27,578 nucleotides of DNA from a virus. Taxonomy: Duplodnaviria; Caudoviricetes. The stretch covers positions 1 through 27,578 of IMG/VR virus record IMGVR_UViG_3300037045_000191; one strand, written 5' to 3'. Below, one piece after another: positions 24,503-27,578 of this stretch (positions are counted from its first letter, which is position 1; each line of letters starts with the position of its first letter). Position numbers and translations under genes: made by a program. The notes under the pieces were generated by a model, which worked only from the letters and a program-made list of their open reading frames with translations, searched no databases and was not told the origin of the DNA.

Positions 24503-24548
24503 TGCACCCGTGGGCGGACTCGAACCGCCCGGTATGCCATTCGGGTTG
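24503..24548 (-). ncRNA. tRNA-like minihelix (T-arm plus acceptor-like stem), not a full tRNA
   Basis: ACCCG-aatggcatacc-GGGCGG-TTCGAGT-CCGCCC-a-CGGGT-GCA. Confidence 0.6.
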
Positions 24549-24554
24549 ATTGAT

Positions 24555-25208
24555 TTAGACGCTCGACATACTCAATCCCAACCAATGTGGCTGTCCTAAT
24601 CCGTCGGTGTATTTTGCCTTGATGTAGGTGTTTGAGTGCTTTGGCCTGTAAGCGGCCTTAATAATTTTTACCGCTTCAATAAGTTCAGGGTCGCCAATGG
24701 CCTCGGCGTGGTTCGCCAAATCAAGCACGCGGTTGGCTTTCAACACGCCTTCTTTGTTGGGCTTCAAAAGTTCGCGAACCATGGTAATCAGTTTGCGGTT
24801 CTCTTCAGTGGCCTGCTTTTCCAACCACATGTTTACGCGCTCAATTCCGGCGCTTCGGGTTTCATCCCAACTGTCAATGACATTAAACCCGGTTATGATA
24901 CTAACATCGCCTTTTTCGTTTGTCCAGGTGTGCGAAAACTGACTTTCGTTAACACCATATAGGTTCGACTTCATTTCGAGCAAACTCCCAAACTCGGCAT
25001 AGAGCTCTTTTTTGGCGTTTTCCAGCTCGCTGGAAATTTTCTGCAAGCGGGCAAAAACCTTTTCCACAGTTACATCCTTTAAATGGTTGTATGCGGATAT
25101 TTCCATTTTGCGGCTGTTTTCTTTGGTCTTTTGTTCCGCTTCCAGTTCCTGTAATAGAGCAGCTTTCTCTTCCGGAGTAAGCTTACTTAACATTGTTTTT
25201 GCTTCCAT
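24555..25208 (-). CDS. DUF3164 family protein
   Basis: SQFSHTWTN, LLKPNKEGVLKANRVLDL, AVKIIKAAYRP...YI, C-terminal LSMSSV. Confidence 0.8.
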   Translation of the reverse strand: MEAKTMLSKLTPEEKAALLQELEAEQKTKENSRKMEISAYNHLKDVTVEKVFARLQKISSELENAKKELYAEFGSLLEMKSNLYGVNESQFSHTWTNEKGDVSIITGFNVIDSWDETRSAGIERVNMWLEKQATEENRKLITMVRELLKPNKEGVLKANRVLDLANHAEAIGDPELIEAVKIIKAAYRPKHSNTYIKAKYTDGLGQPHWLGLSMSSV

Positions 25209-25229
25209 TGTTTACACGTTTTTTTGAGG

Positions 25230-25427
25230 TTATTGTAAGTATATCAGACATCCTGTTTTTTCGGGCAGTACAATTGGCTCTGCCTCTTTCTCTACCATTA
25301 TTTGTGCGTGCCTGAAATCGCTCAAATTCTGCTGGTAGTCGGGGTGTTTTTCGTCGTGTGTTTTCAACCATTTTTCGAGCTGATAACAGCGGTTCACCCA
25401 GTGCGCTGGACTATTCATCGGGTACAA
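25230..25427 (-). CDS. Hypothetical protein
   Basis: 65 aa in operon. Confidence 0.55.
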   Translation of the reverse strand: MYPMNSPAHWVNRCYQLEKWLKTHDEKHPDYQQNLSDFRHAQIMVEKEAEPIVLPEKTGCLIYLQ

Positions 25428-25641
25428 TGTGTTTGATGTTGGGGTAATGAGGTTTAATTTCCGTCAAAACCTCTCTACGAATGCGTACCATGCCGGCACC
25501 GTTGCACACTTCGCACACAAAGAGTTTTTCTCCTTCGCGGCTGTAAGGATATGGCTGCTTTTTGGCCACTACTCCCTCTCCTTTACAGTTCCTGCAAACA
25601 GCTATTTCGCTTGACAGGTAGATTGTTTTTTTGGGTTCCAT
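25411..25641 (-). CDS. DnaJ-type zinc-finger small protein
   Basis: CRNCKGEG and CEVCNGAG. Confidence 0.8.
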   Translation of the reverse strand: MEPKKTIYLSSEIAVCRNCKGEGVVAKKQPYPYSREGEKLFVCEVCNGAGMVRIRREVLTEIKPHYPNIKHIVPDE

Positions 25642-25642
25642 A

Positions 25643-26071
25643 TTAGTTCAAGTTCATGGTTAATAATTCGCGTTCGCGTTTTGATTTCACCTTTGCGGCT
25701 ATACTTATCAGTTTTTTATGCAGCACCTTTAATTCCGGGATGCTCATTTCGTACATCAGCTTTCCCGAAATTTTAGGGTTCAACAGGAATCGGTTAACGG
25801 CATCCCAGTCGTTGTTTGTTACATACACTCCGCAGTGGTTAAGTTGTGTGAGCACATTGCTGCGCCACTGCTTTACGTCGTCGGATGTATAGCGTTGCTC
25901 AGCTCCTTTTTGCAACCGGCGAATAACCTCGTCCAGCTGGGTTTCTGTCAGTTCTGTTGTACTGGTTACATTGTACTGTGCTAACAGTACTCCTTTGCTT
26001 TCCAGTGCTCCCATGTTCCACAACAGTTTGTGAAAGAGGGCTCTTTTTTGTTTTATGTCCATGGTTGTCAT
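25643..26071 (-). CDS. Mu gp16/GemA-like protein
   Basis: From ATG 26071: TSTTELTETQLDEVIRRL, WRSNVL, DWDAVNRFL, ELKVLHKKL. Confidence 0.6.
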   Translation of the reverse strand: MTTMDIKQKRALFHKLLWNMGALESKGVLLAQYNVTSTTELTETQLDEVIRRLQKGAEQRYTSDDVKQWRSNVLTQLNHCGVYVTNNDWDAVNRFLLNPKISGKLMYEMSIPELKVLHKKLISIAAKVKSKRERELLTMNLN

Positions 26072-26072
26072 T

Positions 26073-26687
26073 TTAGTTTTCTCCCCAATATTCATAAGCA
26101 CCCTGGTGCCAAATAGTAAAAGGTTTTCCACCTCCGTAGCGGCTCGTCGGGAATGCCCGGTATCCTTCAACCCATATTTTACAATGGGAATCGTAGCGAA
26201 TTGAGCGTGCAACCTGACCAGCTGGTAGTTTTCCGTCGGCGTGGCTGACAATGATAAATTGCTTATGCCTAAAGCTATCAACCAACAGTTGATACTGCTT
26301 GTAATTCATTCCCGAATATTGGGCTGAGTCGATAAACACAAAGTCGGGCGACTTCTTTTTCTCTAACCTTTCAAACAGGTCTCCAATAGGCTCTTTATCG
26401 TAAAGAACAAAGCGTCGTTGCACTTCCATCATGCCAACATCCTCAATGGCCATGCGCATTGACATGGAGTTTCCCTCTTCTAATGCGTTGTAAGCAACTT
26501 TGCCAAAGTTGCACAGGTACTTTGCCAGTTGTAGGGCAAAGCGGGTTTTTCCGTTTCCGGAGTTACCCCAAATTAACCAACTTCCGGTTCGCTCTGGGCT
26601 TCCAAACGATTCCAACCAACCACCTTCAAATGCCATGGCGCGGCGGTTGGTGTTCATAATTTCGTTAACTGATATAGCGCGTTTCAT
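26073..26687 (-). CDS. RecA/KaiC-like P-loop ATPase
   Basis: WGNSGNGKT Walker A, FVFIDS Walker B, IIVSH. Confidence 0.85.
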   Translation of the reverse strand: MKRAISVNEIMNTNRRAMAFEGGWLESFGSPERTGSWLIWGNSGNGKTRFALQLAKYLCNFGKVAYNALEEGNSMSMRMAIEDVGMMEVQRRFVLYDKEPIGDLFERLEKKKSPDFVFIDSAQYSGMNYKQYQLLVDSFRHKQFIIVSHADGKLPAGQVARSIRYDSHCKIWVEGYRAFPTSRYGGGKPFTIWHQGAYEYWGEN

Positions 26688-27559
26688 TACGATAACTGTG
26701 TTTTAATTTTCTGAATCTCAATGTAAATGCGTCGTAAAGAACCCTGCGTTTTGGCGAACAATGCCTGTACGTCAACTATTCCGTTGGCTTTGGCTATGAT
26801 AGCCGTTTGGCGTTTTGCAAAATCGACCTTTCCGGCTTCGTCGTGTGGGCTTAGAGACTGGTAGCGCGACCCAAAACGGCTAAAAATCTCGGCATATCCT
26901 ACTTTTTTGCGGTTGATGTTTCCGTCAATCTTTTCCATTAAACCATCGGCACCCATCATGTACCAACCGCAGCAATATTCGGTGCTATTCCAAATGGCTT
27001 TCAATTCCAGGAAAGCGGCATAACTCAGGTCGCCAACCTCGTCTAACACTACCAATGGCGTGGGTATTGATTTGATGTAGTACACCAAATCGTCATACAC
27101 ATCGGCATACTTTCCGGTTGACGATAAACCAAACCCGCGAGCAATGGCACGTATCAGTTGAGGCTTGGTTTTAACCTGCGAACAGTCAACATAGACAGCG
27201 TTTTTGTTGGCGTTGCAATAGTATTTGGCGGCGTAGGTTTTACCTATATCGGCACTGTCACAAAAGATGCCCGACATCCCAAACTGCTGACAGGATGCCA
27301 ACTGTTGGTTAATATAGACAAACACCGGGGTTTGAGCCGCCACCACTTCAATACGGTTACCCATTTCTAAATCCAACTTGCGGGCTATTGTAATAAGTTT
27401 GGCATCGGAAAGCACATTGTCGATGTCGCCTTTTTTGATGCGCGACAATACGCCCGGGTTCAGGTCTAAGTATACAGCGTATTTGGCTGCACTGGGGTAG
27501 TTGCTCTCTTTGGCCTTTATGGCCTCAATAATTTTCGATTTTTGTTCTTGATTTAACAT
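26687..27559 (-). CDS. MuB-like transposition AAA+ ATPase
   Basis: N-terminal HTH (AAKYAVYLDLNPGVLSRIKKG), Walker A variant DSADIGKT, Walker B VVLDE, YAEIFSR, GSLRR. Confidence 0.88.
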   Translation of the reverse strand: MLNQEQKSKIIEAIKAKESNYPSAAKYAVYLDLNPGVLSRIKKGDIDNVLSDAKLITIARKLDLEMGNRIEVVAAQTPVFVYINQQLASCQQFGMSGIFCDSADIGKTYAAKYYCNANKNAVYVDCSQVKTKPQLIRAIARGFGLSSTGKYADVYDDLVYYIKSIPTPLVVLDEVGDLSYAAFLELKAIWNSTEYCCGWYMMGADGLMEKIDGNINRKKVGYAEIFSRFGSRYQSLSPHDEAGKVDFAKRQTAIIAKANGIVDVQALFAKTQGSLRRIYIEIQKIKTQLS

Positions 27560-27578
27560 AATTTTACTATTTAGGGGG

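Larger units (their letters stand above)
1..27578. mobile_element. Internal segment of a Mu-like transposable myophage/prophage (probable Bacteroidota host)
   Basis: MuB-like ATPase, GemA-like and DUF3164 early genes, Mu gp28/gp36/gp29/gp30-like head genes, sheath/tube/baseplate genes. No host genes or element ends visible. Confidence 0.93.

Noticed and set aside
24503-24548. tRNA gene
   Set aside because: No D or anticodon arm; kept only as a tRNA-like element.
26072-26281. Upstream extension of ORF 25643..26281 (likewise 23796-23888 and 22387-22476)
   Set aside because: Overlaps real upstream genes; downstream ATGs fit operon spacing.
1-27578. CRISPR array, DGR reverse transcriptase, invertase, transposase or element ends
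   Set aside because: None seen in this window; they may lie beyond its edges.

Overview
The whole window is an internal part of a Mu-like (transposable), contractile-tailed phage or prophage, most likely of a Bacteroidota host (A-rich start contexts without Shine-Dalgarno sites, TAnnTTTG promoters). The transposase and most of the tail-fibre region lie outside it. The right third (19593-27559, - strand) holds early/middle genes: a MuB-like ATPase, a second ATPase, GemA-like, DUF3164, HAD and small ORFs, then a C4-like antisense-RNA/antirepressor operon. Morphogenesis genes form two divergent operons. Leftward: protease-scaffold, capsid, sheath, tube, chaperone, baseplate, lysis, fibre. Rightward: terminases, adaptor, portal, MuF, tape measure, neck. 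The best candidate for an undescribed system is at 13759-16404. A slippery heptamer and hairpin at the portal stop would fuse the portal, by -1 frameshift, to a MuF ORF that lacks a good start and ends in a PD-(D/E)XK toxin-like nuclease. No immunity ORF follows; instead there is a small, promoter-driven, structured antisense RNA. Also notable: a capsid protein with a hydrophobic leader next to a signal-peptide protein, a tail-chaperone frameshift, a tRNA-like minihelix, an attC-like hairpin and a 28-bp perfect palindrome. All family calls come from motif recognition and gene order, not database searches.
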